DNA of 64,000 nucleotides from Calditrichia bacterium (GCA_050633245.1 JBOEGD010000009.1:64001-128000), one strand, 5' to 3'; positions 50,459 to 60,514 are shown, counted from the stretch's first letter. Notes: generated by a model from the sequence alone, not told the origin. Numbers and translations: made by a program.

Positions 50459-50767
50459 CTAAAACCGAAACTCTTCGCCTTCATCGCTTTCCAACGGCGG
50501 CAGGTGATTTTCCGGATCAGGTGTCGGTGCCGACGAGTGCTCGATGCGACGAACAGATTCCGGGCGTAGCGCCTCAACCAGTCGGGCACGGATGTCTTCA
50601 AAAGTGTGCTCGACATCTTTATATTTTATGTGCCAAATAGTCAGCTCTTCCAAATATTTGGCTAATTCGATTACGCGGTGATCTTCACCCTCGCTGGCAC
50701 AACGGGCGATCTTACTTAAAAGTTGGGTGTGAAGCCGCTCAAAAGACTGCTGCATAATATCATCCAA
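50459..50767 (-). CDS. Hypothetical protein
   Basis: 102-aa helical ORF co-oriented with and 15 bp from the UDG gene. Confidence 0.5.
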   Translation of the reverse strand: MDDIMQQSFERLHTQLLSKIARCASEGEDHRVIELAKYLEELTIWHIKYKDVEHTFEDIRARLVEALRPESVRRIEHSSAPTPDPENHLPPLESDEGEEFRF

Positions 50768-50979
50768 TCGTTTTAATGCATTCGTCCGCCGACAGGGGAA
50801 GCGACAGAGATTACGGAGAGTTTTTCATAAATTAGCTCAAATTCGACTGGATAAAGTGGAGCATGTCAATAAATCGCGATAAAGGAATTCTAAAATGTGT
50901 GACGTATTTAATCATACACCTCGTTTCGACCTCGACTCCTTTCGACCTGACACTCTGTAAGATTTTTTCTGTCTCCTCG

Positions 50980-51050
50980 TCGACCTATAAGTCCCGAAGC
51001 GACGACCTACCCCCTACAAACGAAGCGCCTTCAAGCGAAGCACCCAATAA
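50980..51050. repeat. REP-like cluster (CTAC/GTAG family)
   Basis: cgacctataagtcccgaagcgacgacctaccccctac units shared with 53050-53275 and 58375-58560. Confidence 0.5.
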
Positions 51051-51051
51051 T

Positions 51052-51097
51052 AAAAACGCCGACCGATGATTCGAGCAAATCACCGACCGACATTTTT
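51052..51097 (-). terminator. Probable terminator of the cytolysin gene
   Basis: Minus strand gtcggtcggtgatt...aatcatcggtcggc stem (G-U pairs) followed by a T tract. Confidence 0.5.
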
Positions 51098-51187
51098 GTT
51101 CAACCTAATTCTAATATCAGAATCTAAAATTCACACCGATACTATGTATTTTATCTCTATTCTCTGTTCTGTATTCTCTGTTCTGTG

Positions 51188-52849
51188 TTAATACACATCT
51201 AGCTTATATTGCAGTCTTGCACTACAGTTGCCACTTCCAGTGGTAAGATACTGAGCAATATTCGGATCATCCGGGACATTCGTCCACTCCCCGGAGCTAA
51301 AGCGAAACGTTTTGGTTATACTCTTGGGATTCATATCCGGGTCGTGGCGAGGATCACCGAAAGTTGGGTTGTCCCACTCCGGACTATAGAAGTAAATGTA
51401 GAACTCTTCACCCTCAACCCGATCAACGGTAAAAATAAATTCGTCATTTAGAGATTTTGTTTCGCCAGATGACACTTCCACTGCCCCCGACCAACTATCT
51501 TCACCAATCTTGGTAAATCCTTTACGAGAACCATTTAATCCACAGCTACCGTAGAGATAAAAGTCTCCCGGACCGGCATCACAGTCTCCTATGACGTAAA
51601 ATTCGTCCATTGTTATTTTGACGGTGTTTTTGTTCTGAACGCGAACACATTCGGTTGCAACATAATCCGTGGTGTACCCCAACTTCGCAAGAGAGTTATC
51701 TTTCAGATGAAATACTGAGTAGGCAATCGGAACGCCGGGATTAGTGGTAGAGTAAACCGCATTGGTATCCTGAATAACGCTTTCCAACTGACCTTCCGTA
51801 CCGTTCAGCGTCACCAGCCGAGACGCAACAGAGGCATTTCCGCCGATGGTTACCACCTCAAGCGATGAATTATTCAAAATACGAATATACTCTGATTCCA
51901 GAGATCCGTCGACATCCACGCCTGCAGCATATTTAAGAGCAGCCTCGACGTTAACCCCGGTGGTTTGAACACTGGTATTGGTCTCCATGCGCATCATGAT
52001 AATACGACCGTAGGTAACCGAAGAGACATAGGCCGGTGCATCGGCGCCGGTAAGCGTGTTCTGAACATCAGACAACTCTACATTCTCAGAAAAAACCGCT
52101 TCCGGAGAAGTAGGCGTCGTAAAATCCACGCTGTAAAACCCCTGCTTATAAACCGCCATGCTCACCCACTTCTGTTCGTTACTAAAAAAGTCGAACTGCG
52201 AATTCACCTCACCGCCTGCCCACGCAACGTTCAAACCAACATCGAGCGAAAGCTGCTCAGAACTATAGGCCGTGGTAAATTCGAACGAAGAGTTTGCAGG
52301 ATTCACATAACCTTCCTGATAGGCATTGTTGTTCCACCACTGCAGGGCCTCATCAATCGCAGCAGTGACTGTCGCATTGGTTGGTTCAGAGACTTCCAGA
52401 ACACCATTCTGTCCCATGCCCGGCAGGTTAACGCTCAGCTGCATGGGAGCGCGCGGTAATCCGATTGGTTCCGGCACACCATCGGTAAGACCCTGGTTGG
52501 CTTTTACCAACGCGCCCGGGAAAACAATTCCCTGAGTTGGACGAAGAATGGCAACATTGTCAAAGTTTTGCTTAAGATTATAACTGGTGCGCGTGCAGCT
52601 CTGCTGAAAGTTGCCAACCTGTGAGATTGTCGTGTCGGTATTGCCGGCAGTACGCAGATTGTCATTATTACCAGTATCCTGCACATTGAGCAAAGCCGCT
52701 GAGTCATAGTCCAGGCTGCGCAGATATTGTGTGACTTCACCGCCGCCAACATCACCATCGCTGCTGGTTGGGTTGTTACTACATCCGGCAAAGAGCCCGG
52801 CAATTACGATTGCTCCTACCCACATCCTGTTTTTGAAATGCTGCTTCAT
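51188..52849 (-). CDS. Thiol-activated/cholesterol-dependent cytolysin-like (CDCL) lipoprotein
   Basis: Lipobox FAGC; IVFPGALV, YSSEQL, YKQGFYSV, YVSSVTYGR, IGG, PGVPIAY and TTDYV CDC-core motifs; non-canonical C-terminal domain. Confidence 0.88.
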   Translation of the reverse strand: MKQHFKNRMWVGAIVIAGLFAGCSNNPTSSDGDVGGGEVTQYLRSLDYDSAALLNVQDTGNNDNLRTAGNTDTTISQVGNFQQSCTRTSYNLKQNFDNVAILRPTQGIVFPGALVKANQGLTDGVPEPIGLPRAPMQLSVNLPGMGQNGVLEVSEPTNATVTAAIDEALQWWNNNAYQEGYVNPANSSFEFTTAYSSEQLSLDVGLNVAWAGGEVNSQFDFFSNEQKWVSMAVYKQGFYSVDFTTPTSPEAVFSENVELSDVQNTLTGADAPAYVSSVTYGRIIMMRMETNTSVQTTGVNVEAALKYAAGVDVDGSLESEYIRILNNSSLEVVTIGGNASVASRLVTLNGTEGQLESVIQDTNAVYSTTNPGVPIAYSVFHLKDNSLAKLGYTTDYVATECVRVQNKNTVKITMDEFYVIGDCDAGPGDFYLYGSCGLNGSRKGFTKIGEDSWSGAVEVSSGETKSLNDEFIFTVDRVEGEEFYIYFYSPEWDNPTFGDPRHDPDMNPKSITKTFRFSSGEWTNVPDDPNIAQYLTTGSGNCSARLQYKLDVY

Positions 52850-53049
52850 TGTAGATCTCCTTTTAAAATTATTGGTCGCTCTCTTCGTTCGCTTTTAAAT
52901 TGACCACTTTCCATTGCCCAGTGAAATATTCCGTATCAATTAATGATCAATGGACAATTAAAAATGATCAATTCTTCCCTTCATATACTAACGCAGAAGA
53001 GTTTCGCAAAAGTGCTAATGGGAAGTAAGAAATCGGAAATCGGCAGCAA

Positions 53050-53275
53050 AGCGACCCATAAGTGAACGAAGTGAACGACCCAAAAAGGAAAGATCGCTAC
53101 GGACTACGACCTACGCTGGTTGGGGGTAGGACGCGTCTATGACGCTGTAGGAAAAGAATCATTTAATACAAGCGTAGCATCCTACCAGCGAAATGACCTA
53201 CCAGCGAAGCGACCTATAAGTGAACGAAGTAAACGCCCGACAAGTCCCAAAGGGACGCCCAATAAGTGCAACGCC
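53050..53275. repeat. REP/BIME-like cluster
   Basis: Repeated ataagtgaacgaagt, ctaccagcgaa, gacctac and gtagg units with short hairpins. Confidence 0.6.
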
Positions 53276-53454
53276 CCATTCCCAATCAAAAACAGTTGCA
53301 TTCATGCTACAGTCGTACTAGCTTTCCCATCGTCGTTCATTGATAAAAACAATAAAACTTTTGCACGATGCAGAAGTATATACTTCAGGCACGGTATTTG
53401 TTAAGTTAAATCATGGAATAGACGACGATACGATCACTACTTGAAGGAAGTTGA

Positions 53455-54150
53455 ATGGATTCCCTGTCATCAATAGATAGTAATTTTTTGTCCTTCGTCT
53501 GGAATAGCGGCATCTTTGCGAAGGTCATAATTTTCTCACTTTTTGCACTTTCCATGGCCGCATGGACAATCACTCTAACCAAAACGAAGCAGTTCGGCTC
53601 GCTAAAGCGAAAGCTGCGCATTGTATTTGATGAGCCGGCAGACAATTCCAATACCGACCTGCAAAAACTATTGGCAGACAAAAAAACGCCCATAGGACGC
53701 ATCTATCGCCAGGGGAATCGGGTGGTAAAATCGGCCGTTAAGCATCAGGCTCGCGGGCAATCGAGTTCCCTGGTTCTGGATGAAGTAAAACAGCAGGTAG
53801 ACATTGCTGTTGATGAAGAAATTTCCCAGCTTGCCAGTGGACTTTCGTTTTTAGGCACCGTGATTACGGTGAGTCCATTTCTTGGCCTGCTAGGCACGGT
53901 TTGGGGCGTTATGCAGGCCTTTGTCAGTATTGCGGACAGTGGGAATGCCGATTTATCGACGCTTGCACCAGGTATTGCAGAAGCTCTGATAACTACGATT
54001 GCAGGCCTTGCTGTGGCTATTCCGGCAGTCTTTTGCTATAACTTTTTGAACACTCGTCTCAAGCGAATCGAGGATTCCCTTTACCGCCTCTCGAGTGAAT
54101 TAAGCCTGTATTTCGCAAAACGGTGGGAACATGAAAAGACGAAAATCTGA
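53455..54150 (+). CDS. tolQ: TolQ (MotA/TolQ/ExbB family)
   Basis: SPFLGLLGTVWGVM and APGIAEALITTIAGLAVAIPA; first gene of the tol-pal operon. Confidence 0.88.
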   Translation: MDSLSSIDSNFLSFVWNSGIFAKVIIFSLFALSMAAWTITLTKTKQFGSLKRKLRIVFDEPADNSNTDLQKLLADKKTPIGRIYRQGNRVVKSAVKHQARGQSSSLVLDEVKQQVDIAVDEEISQLASGLSFLGTVITVSPFLGLLGTVWGVMQAFVSIADSGNADLSTLAPGIAEALITTIAGLAVAIPAVFCYNFLNTRLKRIEDSLYRLSSELSLYFAKRWEHEKTKI

Positions 54151-54529
54151 AACGCTTGCTGAAATAAACATCACCTCTTTGGTCGATGTAACGCTGGTGC
54201 TGTTAATCGTTTTCATGATCGCTGCACCGTTTATTCGTGCCGGAACCAAGGTTGTGCTGCCAAAGGCAGAAACACGTGAAAAGCACCCAAAAGACTCGCT
54301 GGTGATTTTTGTAAATCAGGTAGGACAGGCCTATTTCGAAGGTCAGAACCTGAGTGACGAGGAGCTGAAGCAACGCCTTGAACGCATTTATGCAGAGTCC
54401 CCCGAGGCTTCTGTTCTTTTGGAAGGTGATGTCGACGCTGCGTATGGTCGGGTCGTCACGATTATCGATGTCGTGCGTCAAGCAGGTTATGAAAATGTTG
54501 GACTTGTTTTGGATAAGCTGGATAGATGA
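54131..54529 (+). CDS. tolR: TolR (ExbD/TolR family)
   Basis: EINITSLVDVTLVLLIVFMI, LPKA and GD...YG.V motifs. Confidence 0.88.
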   Translation: MKRRKSETLAEINITSLVDVTLVLLIVFMIAAPFIRAGTKVVLPKAETREKHPKDSLVIFVNQVGQAYFEGQNLSDEELKQRLERIYAESPEASVLLEGDVDAAYGRVVTIIDVVRQAGYENVGLVLDKLDR

Positions 54530-55146
54530 AACGCTCCTTTACATATGCCCTTGGAGGGCACCTTCTAATTCTGCTGCTATTGTGGTTAAGTGGGCAGACT
54601 TTTTACAAACCTACGCGTATTCAAGGATATCCTACGAAGATCAATGCTCGCGTTGTTGAAAAAAATACCATTCAGCAGCGAAGCCAACGTCCACCGAGTC
54701 TGCCTAAGCAAGAAGCTGCAAAGCCAAAAGTGCAGCCTGAACCCAAAAAAACAGCCCCGACTCCAAAGAAGCAAGCCGCAAAACCCAAAGCCAAGCCGCA
54801 AAATCAGCAGTCGGCTCCGGCTGCGGCGGCGGCTCCGGCTGCAAACTCACTCTCGCTGGATGCGCAGGATTTTCCTTTTCCGGAATATTTACTTTTAATG
54901 CAATATCGCGTGGAGCGTCAATGGAATCCGCCGCGAGCTGCATTGGCAGGAAAGAGTGCGTTAATCTATTTTCGCCTCGAACGTAATGGAAAGGTTGCCG
55001 AAGCAAAAGTTGAGCGATCCAGTGGAAACTTTGCCTTCGATCAGGCAGCACTGCGAGCGGTGTATTCTGCAGATCCTCTTCCTGCTCTTCCAGAAGAATC
55101 TTCACTAAATACTTTGGGTGTACACTTTGAGTTTGTGGGGAACTGA
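54526..55146 (+). CDS. tolA: TolA/TonB C-terminal domain protein
   Basis: N-terminal TM with His, K/P/A-rich linker, [20 protein letters not shown]. Confidence 0.78.
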   Translation: MKRSFTYALGGHLLILLLLWLSGQTFYKPTRIQGYPTKINARVVEKNTIQQRSQRPPSLPKQEAAKPKVQPEPKKTAPTPKKQAAKPKAKPQNQQSAPAAAAAPAANSLSLDAQDFPFPEYLLLMQYRVERQWNPPRAALAGKSALIYFRLERNGKVAEAKVERSSGNFAFDQAALRAVYSADPLPALPEESSLNTLGVHFEFVGN

Positions 55147-55153
55147 GCGGATA

Positions 55154-55275
55154 TCGGGAATCGGGAATCGGGAATCGGGAATCGGGAATCGGGAATCGGG
55201 AATCGGGAATCGGGAATCGGGAATCGGGAATCGGGAATCGGGAATCGGGAATCGGGAATCGGGAATCGGGAATCG
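55154..55275. repeat. Perfect heptamer tandem repeat (TCGGGAA)x17
   Basis: Counted directly: 55154-55272 is 119 nt, or 17 units, plus TCG. Confidence 0.95.
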
Positions 55276-55346
55276 AAAGAGAATATACGCCATTTAGAAT
55301 ACGCTAGTATATGAAATAGTGAACTCTGAACTCTGAACTTATTTAC

Positions 55347-56657
55347 GTGGAAAACATGAACTACAGACTTCTCTTTTTACTCGCATTTATAGTCGGAATT
55401 ACAGCGGCGCAGGCCCAAAACGATGTGTATCTGCGGACAGAATCAAAATACTTTACACGCCTGCCAGTGCTGCTAAAACCGGTCCTGATAGAAGGTCGTG
55501 TTAATCAAACCGTTGCCGATGATATTTTGCGAATTCTTGATACCGACTTGTGGTATTCAAGCGTCATCGACCCACGTCAGGAGATGGCAAGTGCACAGTC
55601 TGCATCTGGCAGCGCGGCTTCACCGGCAGAGAATATGTCGATCCGCTATTCAGTCTCCGCAAAAGCTATTATCCAGGGTGATAAGTTGGAGCTGACTACC
55701 GAAATCCTCGATCGTACCAAGAACGCACGCATTGGCGGCAAGACCTACAAAAGCTGTCCGGATAAACTCCGTCTGGCTGTGCATACCGCAGCTGACGACA
55801 TTGTCGAGATGCTGACCGGAGAACAAGGTATTGCACGCAGCCGCGTGGCCTACACGGTAGATTTTAATGCCTCTAAAGAGATTTTCCTTATCGATTATGA
55901 TAGCCATAATCGCAGACAGTTAACCAAAAATCGTTCGCTAAACCTAACGCCGGCATGGCTTATGGATGGAACTCAGGTTCTGTTGACCTCGTATGTTAAC
56001 AAGAATCCGGATCTCTTTACAATTGCTACCGGAACGGGCGAAATGAAACCGCTTATCAGGGGCGAAAGTTTGACCACATCAGCAGCTATTTCGCCGGACG
56101 GTAAAAAGGTTGCATTTGTCTCAACTCGCGATGGAAATGCAGAAATTTACGTTATGGATAGTAACGGTAAAAACCCACAGCGCATCACCCGGCACTGGTC
56201 TATCGACACCTCGCCGGACTGGTCACCAAATAGCCGAGAGATCATTTTCACGTCTGATCGTCTTGGCAAGCCGCAGCTATTTATTATGGATGCGGAGGGT
56301 AGTAATCTGCGTCGGCTCGATACCCGGCTGGATTACTGCGGTTCACCAAGCTGGTCTCCCAAGGGCGATAAAATTGCTTTTGTTGCCCGCGAAAACGGCA
56401 GGTTTAATATTTTCACTTACGATGTGTTGACACAGTCTGTTGCCCGCCTTACGCAAAATGCCGGCAGCAATGAAGACCCGGACTGGTCGCCAAATGGATT
56501 TCAGTTGGTCTTTAGCTCGACGCGAGATAGAGGCCGCGACATATATCAAATGAATTGGGATGGCTCGCAGCTGCTGCGACTTACCTTCACCGGTAATTGC
56601 TCCAGCCCAAGCTGGTCTCCCAACCAGCGCCCGGATGAAACACTCGGGTGCAACTAA
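55347..56657 (+). CDS. tolB: Tol-Pal beta-propeller protein TolB
   Basis: Signal peptide, H..AD.I...LTGEQG and repeated WSPxG blades; operon position. Confidence 0.92.
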   Translation: MENMNYRLLFLLAFIVGITAAQAQNDVYLRTESKYFTRLPVLLKPVLIEGRVNQTVADDILRILDTDLWYSSVIDPRQEMASAQSASGSAASPAENMSIRYSVSAKAIIQGDKLELTTEILDRTKNARIGGKTYKSCPDKLRLAVHTAADDIVEMLTGEQGIARSRVAYTVDFNASKEIFLIDYDSHNRRQLTKNRSLNLTPAWLMDGTQVLLTSYVNKNPDLFTIATGTGEMKPLIRGESLTTSAAISPDGKKVAFVSTRDGNAEIYVMDSNGKNPQRITRHWSIDTSPDWSPNSREIIFTSDRLGKPQLFIMDAEGSNLRRLDTRLDYCGSPSWSPKGDKIAFVARENGRFNIFTYDVLTQSVARLTQNAGSNEDPDWSPNGFQLVFSSTRDRGRDIYQMNWDGSQLLRLTFTGNCSSPSWSPNQRPDETLGCN

Positions 56658-56675
56658 CCACACAGAGGAGTAGGA

Positions 56676-57221
56676 ATGATTCATTCACACAAGCTGTTTT
56701 CGCCCCAAACACGTTATGTGCTGCCTTTTGTATTGATGTTTGCCTTAATAATGAGCTGTGGTAGTTCAAAACAGACTATTGAGGATACCGGACCGGTTTT
56801 TGAACCTGTTGAAGAAGAAACGACCATTCCGATTGAAAAGCCGGTTGAGCAGCAGGAAGAAGTTCGTCCACCACGCGTAGAAAAAGTGCCCATGACCATG
56901 CGTACGCTCTACTTTGGTTATGATGAAGCAACACTAACAACAGACGCCGTACGAATCTTGCAAGATAATGCCAAGGTCCTAAAAGACTATCCGGATGTTC
57001 GCATCACTGTTGAAGGTCATTGCGATGAGCGGGGAACTATTGAATACAACCTGGCACTCGGTGATCGTCGAGCCCGCTCGGTTAAGCAATTTTTAATAGA
57101 TCTCGGCGTAAGTTCTAATCGTATCGCAACGGTAAGCTATGGCAAAGAACGCCCGGCAGATCGTGGTCGCAGCGAATCGGCTTATTCCTTGAATCGACGG
57201 GCGGAGTTTGTTATAAAGTAG
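56676..57221 (+). CDS. pal: Peptidoglycan-associated lipoprotein Pal
   Basis: Lipobox MSC; YFGYD, EGHCDERGTIEYNLALGDRRA, SYGKERP and NRRAEF motifs. Confidence 0.95.
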   Translation: MIHSHKLFSPQTRYVLPFVLMFALIMSCGSSKQTIEDTGPVFEPVEEETTIPIEKPVEQQEEVRPPRVEKVPMTMRTLYFGYDEATLTTDAVRILQDNAKVLKDYPDVRITVEGHCDERGTIEYNLALGDRRARSVKQFLIDLGVSSNRIATVSYGKERPADRGRSESAYSLNRRAEFVIK

Positions 57222-57244
57222 GCATTGAAATGACAATTGAGCAG

Positions 57245-57298
57245 TGAACTTTGAACTTTGAACTTTGAACTTTGAGCATTGAGCATTGAACTTTGAAC
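57245..57298. repeat. Degenerate heptamer tandem repeat (TGAACTT/TGAGCAT)
   Basis: tgaactt x4, tgagcat x2, tgaactt, tgaac. Confidence 0.85.
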
Positions 57299-57570
57299 AG
57301 TGATGCAAATTACGGTTTGAAAGCTATATCAATATTTTTGTCACGCCGAGTGGAGTCGAGGCGCTTAAGGTAAAAAATTGAACAACACCTGACGAAAATT
57401 GCATGCTGGTGTCGATAAGACTATGCGTAAGATGCAGGTTACTTGCAGCATGAAAAAAGATATCAGTGGAAAATGGTCAATTTTCATGCTCATTTATCCC
57501 GTGCTTCGACAATAAAAATTTTGTACATTTTCGCAATTCTAACGCGACAACAATTATGGCAGGATGTCTG

Positions 57571-58356
57571 ATGAAGCAATTAGCACTAGCGACACTTTTA
57601 GGAATGTTTCTCTTTAGCAGCTGCGCAAGTCGGAAAGATGTTTCTTTTCTACAGGCGGATACGTCAACCATGCGTCAACAGATTATTGCGCTAAAGAGTG
57701 AGCAAAAAGCTGTTATCCGCACCCTCGATGAGATTAAGCAGCTTCTTAACCAAAGTAGCGAAACCGGACAAACCGGAATTGCTGAGACCAGACTTCAGCT
57801 GCGAGATGTGACGCAGCAGGTAGCCATTCTAACTGAACGCATCAGCGATTTACAGCGTCAGGCCGCGCGCTCCGGTTATGCAGGTAGTGACTCCAGAAAT
57901 ACTCAACCTGTCTCCCCTACCCCGACTCAACCATCTCCGGATAATCCTTCTCCGCTGGAGGAACGGGCTCCGGTTATCAGCAATGAGGATGGCGCTGCAA
58001 TTTATCAAACGGCCTATCAGGATTTGGTAAACGGAAAATACGATTTGGCAGTGCAGGGGTTTAAAGGTTATCTGCAGGGCTTTCCTAAAACGAATCTTTC
58101 AGACAATGCATATTATTGGATCGGCGAAGCGCACTATGCGCGTCAGAAATTTGATGAGGCGGCACAGTCGTTTTCCGTAGTTATTTCAGACTTTCCATAC
58201 GGAGACAAAATTAGCGCCGCGATTTTAAAGCTCGCCTATTCGCAGATCGCGCTTGGTCAGACCCAAAATGCCCGTGGAAATCTGCAAAAAGTTATCAGCA
58301 TGTTTCCAACCAGCAATGAAGCATCACTGGCTCAGGCGAAGTTGAAGGAGATATAG
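57571..58356 (+). CDS. cpoB: Tol-Pal protein CpoB/YbgF (TPR lipoprotein)
   Basis: Lipobox SSC, coiled coil, NAYYWIGE...A.LKL...FP TPRs; follows pal. Confidence 0.85.
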   Translation: MKQLALATLLGMFLFSSCASRKDVSFLQADTSTMRQQIIALKSEQKAVIRTLDEIKQLLNQSSETGQTGIAETRLQLRDVTQQVAILTERISDLQRQAARSGYAGSDSRNTQPVSPTPTQPSPDNPSPLEERAPVISNEDGAAIYQTAYQDLVNGKYDLAVQGFKGYLQGFPKTNLSDNAYYWIGEAHYARQKFDEAAQSFSVVISDFPYGDKISAAILKLAYSQIALGQTQNARGNLQKVISMFPTSNEASLAQAKLKEI

Positions 58357-58374
58357 TCGATAGTTTGCACCTGC

Positions 58375-58560
58375 GATGCTCGTAGGTCGTTCGCTAGGCT
58401 CACTTGTAGTAGATAGGACGCTCATTACATTCGCTGGTAGTTTCTACCCCCTACAGCGCAGGCCAAAGGCCAAGCGTCCTACAAGCGGTAAAGCCGCGAC
58501 CTAATGCCCGAAGGACGGCCTCCCCCTACCAGCGCAGGCCGAAGGCCAAGCGATCTAATC
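58375..58560. repeat. REP/BIME-like cluster between convergent genes
   Basis: ccccctac(c)agcgcaggcc(a/g)aaggccaagcg occurs twice; several gtag/ctac ends. Confidence 0.65.
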
Positions 58561-58561
58561 A

Positions 58562-60514
58562 CTATCGTATCAACACCGCTTTTCCAACACTCGAGGTCAC
58601 ACCGCTACTCAAGCGATAGAGATAAATTCCCGAGCTAACGCCTTCTCCACGCTCATTCAGGCCATTCCATTCAACCTCATAATTCCCGACCTGCTGAATC
58701 GCCTCAGAAACCAATATTTGAACAAGTCGACCGGCAGTATCGTAAATCTGAAGTTCAACCGGCATTGCCTGTAGCAATTCATAGCGAATGGTTGTTGAAG
58801 GATTAAATGGATTGGGATAGTTCGATTTAAGCTGAAATCGATTCGCTACTGCATCAGTAAGCGGTTCAATCCCCGTCACGTTTAGCGCTTCCTGAACCGC
58901 AGCATACGCGTTTATCTTACCATATCCCCATGCCGCATTCGGTGTCGTTCCGGTAAAAGCATCCGATCGTGCCGTATTCCGAAGAATCGTGCGCACCTGC
59001 TCCGCATCCAAATTGGGATTGGCATCAAGCATCAAAGCAATTATTCCGGTAACAACCGGAGCAGCTCCGCTCACCGCGCCAAGAGTGCCATAAAATCCGT
59101 TACCAGGGGCAACCTTATTAAAGCGGAATGTATTGAACCAGCTTCGCTGTCCGTAAGGTGCGATGTTTGTATTACCGGGAGCACTCACATCGATGCCCAA
59201 TCGACCATCATATGTCGGGCCAACACCACTTCCTGTCCAGAGATTTCCCGGCCCGGCATCATTGCCCGGGAAAGTGCGTTGAATGCCATCAATATCTGTC
59301 CAGAACTCACGCAGTACGTATGAATTCGGAGTAATATTATTTTGCGCGGAGGCAAGATCCCAAACGGTATGCCCGGCCACCACGAATGTTTGAAACTCGC
59401 TTGCTGTAGGGGTAAAAATAGTAGACGGATTTAATGATGCCTGGAACGAACCATCTGTTACCGAAGCTCCGGTCAGTCGAATGGTGTAGGTACCCGGGGT
59501 CAACATATCGATGAAGATCTCGCGGCGATTGTTATCGGCTCCATAAAAATCGACGTCACTACCATTGTGGTAGAATCGAATTTCTGCATTCAGGATTTGT
59601 GTTCGTCCGGCATTGTTAACCGGCCCGGGAAAGGTGCCGTAGTCTGTGGTTGGTGAGATAATCTGCACATCAAATCGATCGGTGTCATCATACCAAAGAT
59701 CGAGACGCAGAAAATTGCCAACGCTATTGATTTCAATATCGACCGATTGTCCTTGCTGAACGGTTCCGGCAGCGTGGTTATTTTTCCCACCATCATCACT
59801 ACTGCCGGTAACAAAAACCACTCCCGGCTTTCCGGGCCCAAAACGCTGATCTATAGAACGTGCCAGGTCGCTGGAACCATCCATCGGTCCGCCACTGCTA
59901 CCAAAGTTTGCAAGAAGCACCACTGGTTTCCCCACAACAGATGCTTCCGCAATCACATAGTCCATTGCTATCGGAACCAAAAGGGGATCATAAAATGGCC
60001 CTTCTGCCGGTTCATTGCCATGAGCAGGTGCGCCTTCGGTCGTAACTTTAACAATCAGAAAGTCTGCATCCGGAGCCATACCGGCATACTGCCCGGCGCT
60101 TTGAGATCCGTTTCCGCCTGCCGCTCCTGCAGTAGCTGTTCCGTGGCCAACAGCGTCGCGTGTATCGAGACGAACACCAGAGCTTAGCGCCTGGTCAATC
60201 TCGGCCTTGGTATAGAGAGTACCAATATTATAGGGATTATTAGGGTCATTCGCGCCACGCGGATTTAGCATATCAAAGATTCCAATAATGCGAGAAGTGC
60301 CGTCGGGTTTAATAAAATCAGGATGTTCATAATCAATTCCACGGTCGAGAATTGCAACAATAGCCCCGGTTCCATCATAGCCGAGAACATTCCAAACGGA
60401 ATCGACGCGCGTTTCTGTTCGAACGAGATCATCGGCGAAAGTGACCTGGCTAAAGGCGGCTAAGGCAATTAATACAGCAAGAAATCTATTGAGATTAAGC
60501 ATGCGTTCCCCCAT
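58562..60514 (-). CDS. Secreted S8 (subtilase, Csp-like insert) peptidase with C-terminal T9SS/FlgD-like domain
   Basis: ILDRGIDYEHPDF, GHGT, AVSGAAPVVTG and WGYGKINA motifs; ends NYPNPFNP...WNG...SSGIYLY. Confidence 0.85.
   Translation of the reverse strand: MGERMLNLNRFLAVLIALAAFSQVTFADDLVRTETRVDSVWNVLGYDGTGAIVAILDRGIDYEHPDFIKPDGTSRIIGIFDMLNPRGANDPNNPYNIGTLYTKAEIDQALSSGVRLDTRDAVGHGTATAGAAGGNGSQSAGQYAGMAPDADFLIVKVTTEGAPAHGNEPAEGPFYDPLLVPIAMDYVIAEASVVGKPVVLLANFGSSGGPMDGSSDLARSIDQRFGPGKPGVVFVTGSSDDGGKNNHAAGTVQQGQSVDIEINSVGNFLRLDLWYDDTDRFDVQIISPTTDYGTFPGPVNNAGRTQILNAEIRFYHNGSDVDFYGADNNRREIFIDMLTPGTYTIRLTGASVTDGSFQASLNPSTIFTPTASEFQTFVVAGHTVWDLASAQNNITPNSYVLREFWTDIDGIQRTFPGNDAGPGNLWTGSGVGPTYDGRLGIDVSAPGNTNIAPYGQRSWFNTFRFNKVAPGNGFYGTLGAVSGAAPVVTGIIALMLDANPNLDAEQVRTILRNTARSDAFTGTTPNAAWGYGKINAYAAVQEALNVTGIEPLTDAVANRFQLKSNYPNPFNPSTTIRYELLQAMPVELQIYDTAGRLVQILVSEAIQQVGNYEVEWNGLNERGEGVSSGIYLYRLSSGVTSSVGKAVLIR

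Noticed and set aside
55105-55293. ORF encoding (FPIPDSR)n, and the possibility of a CRISPR array
   Set aside because: It is the antisense translation of the heptamer VNTR. There are no spacers, and no cas genes in the window.
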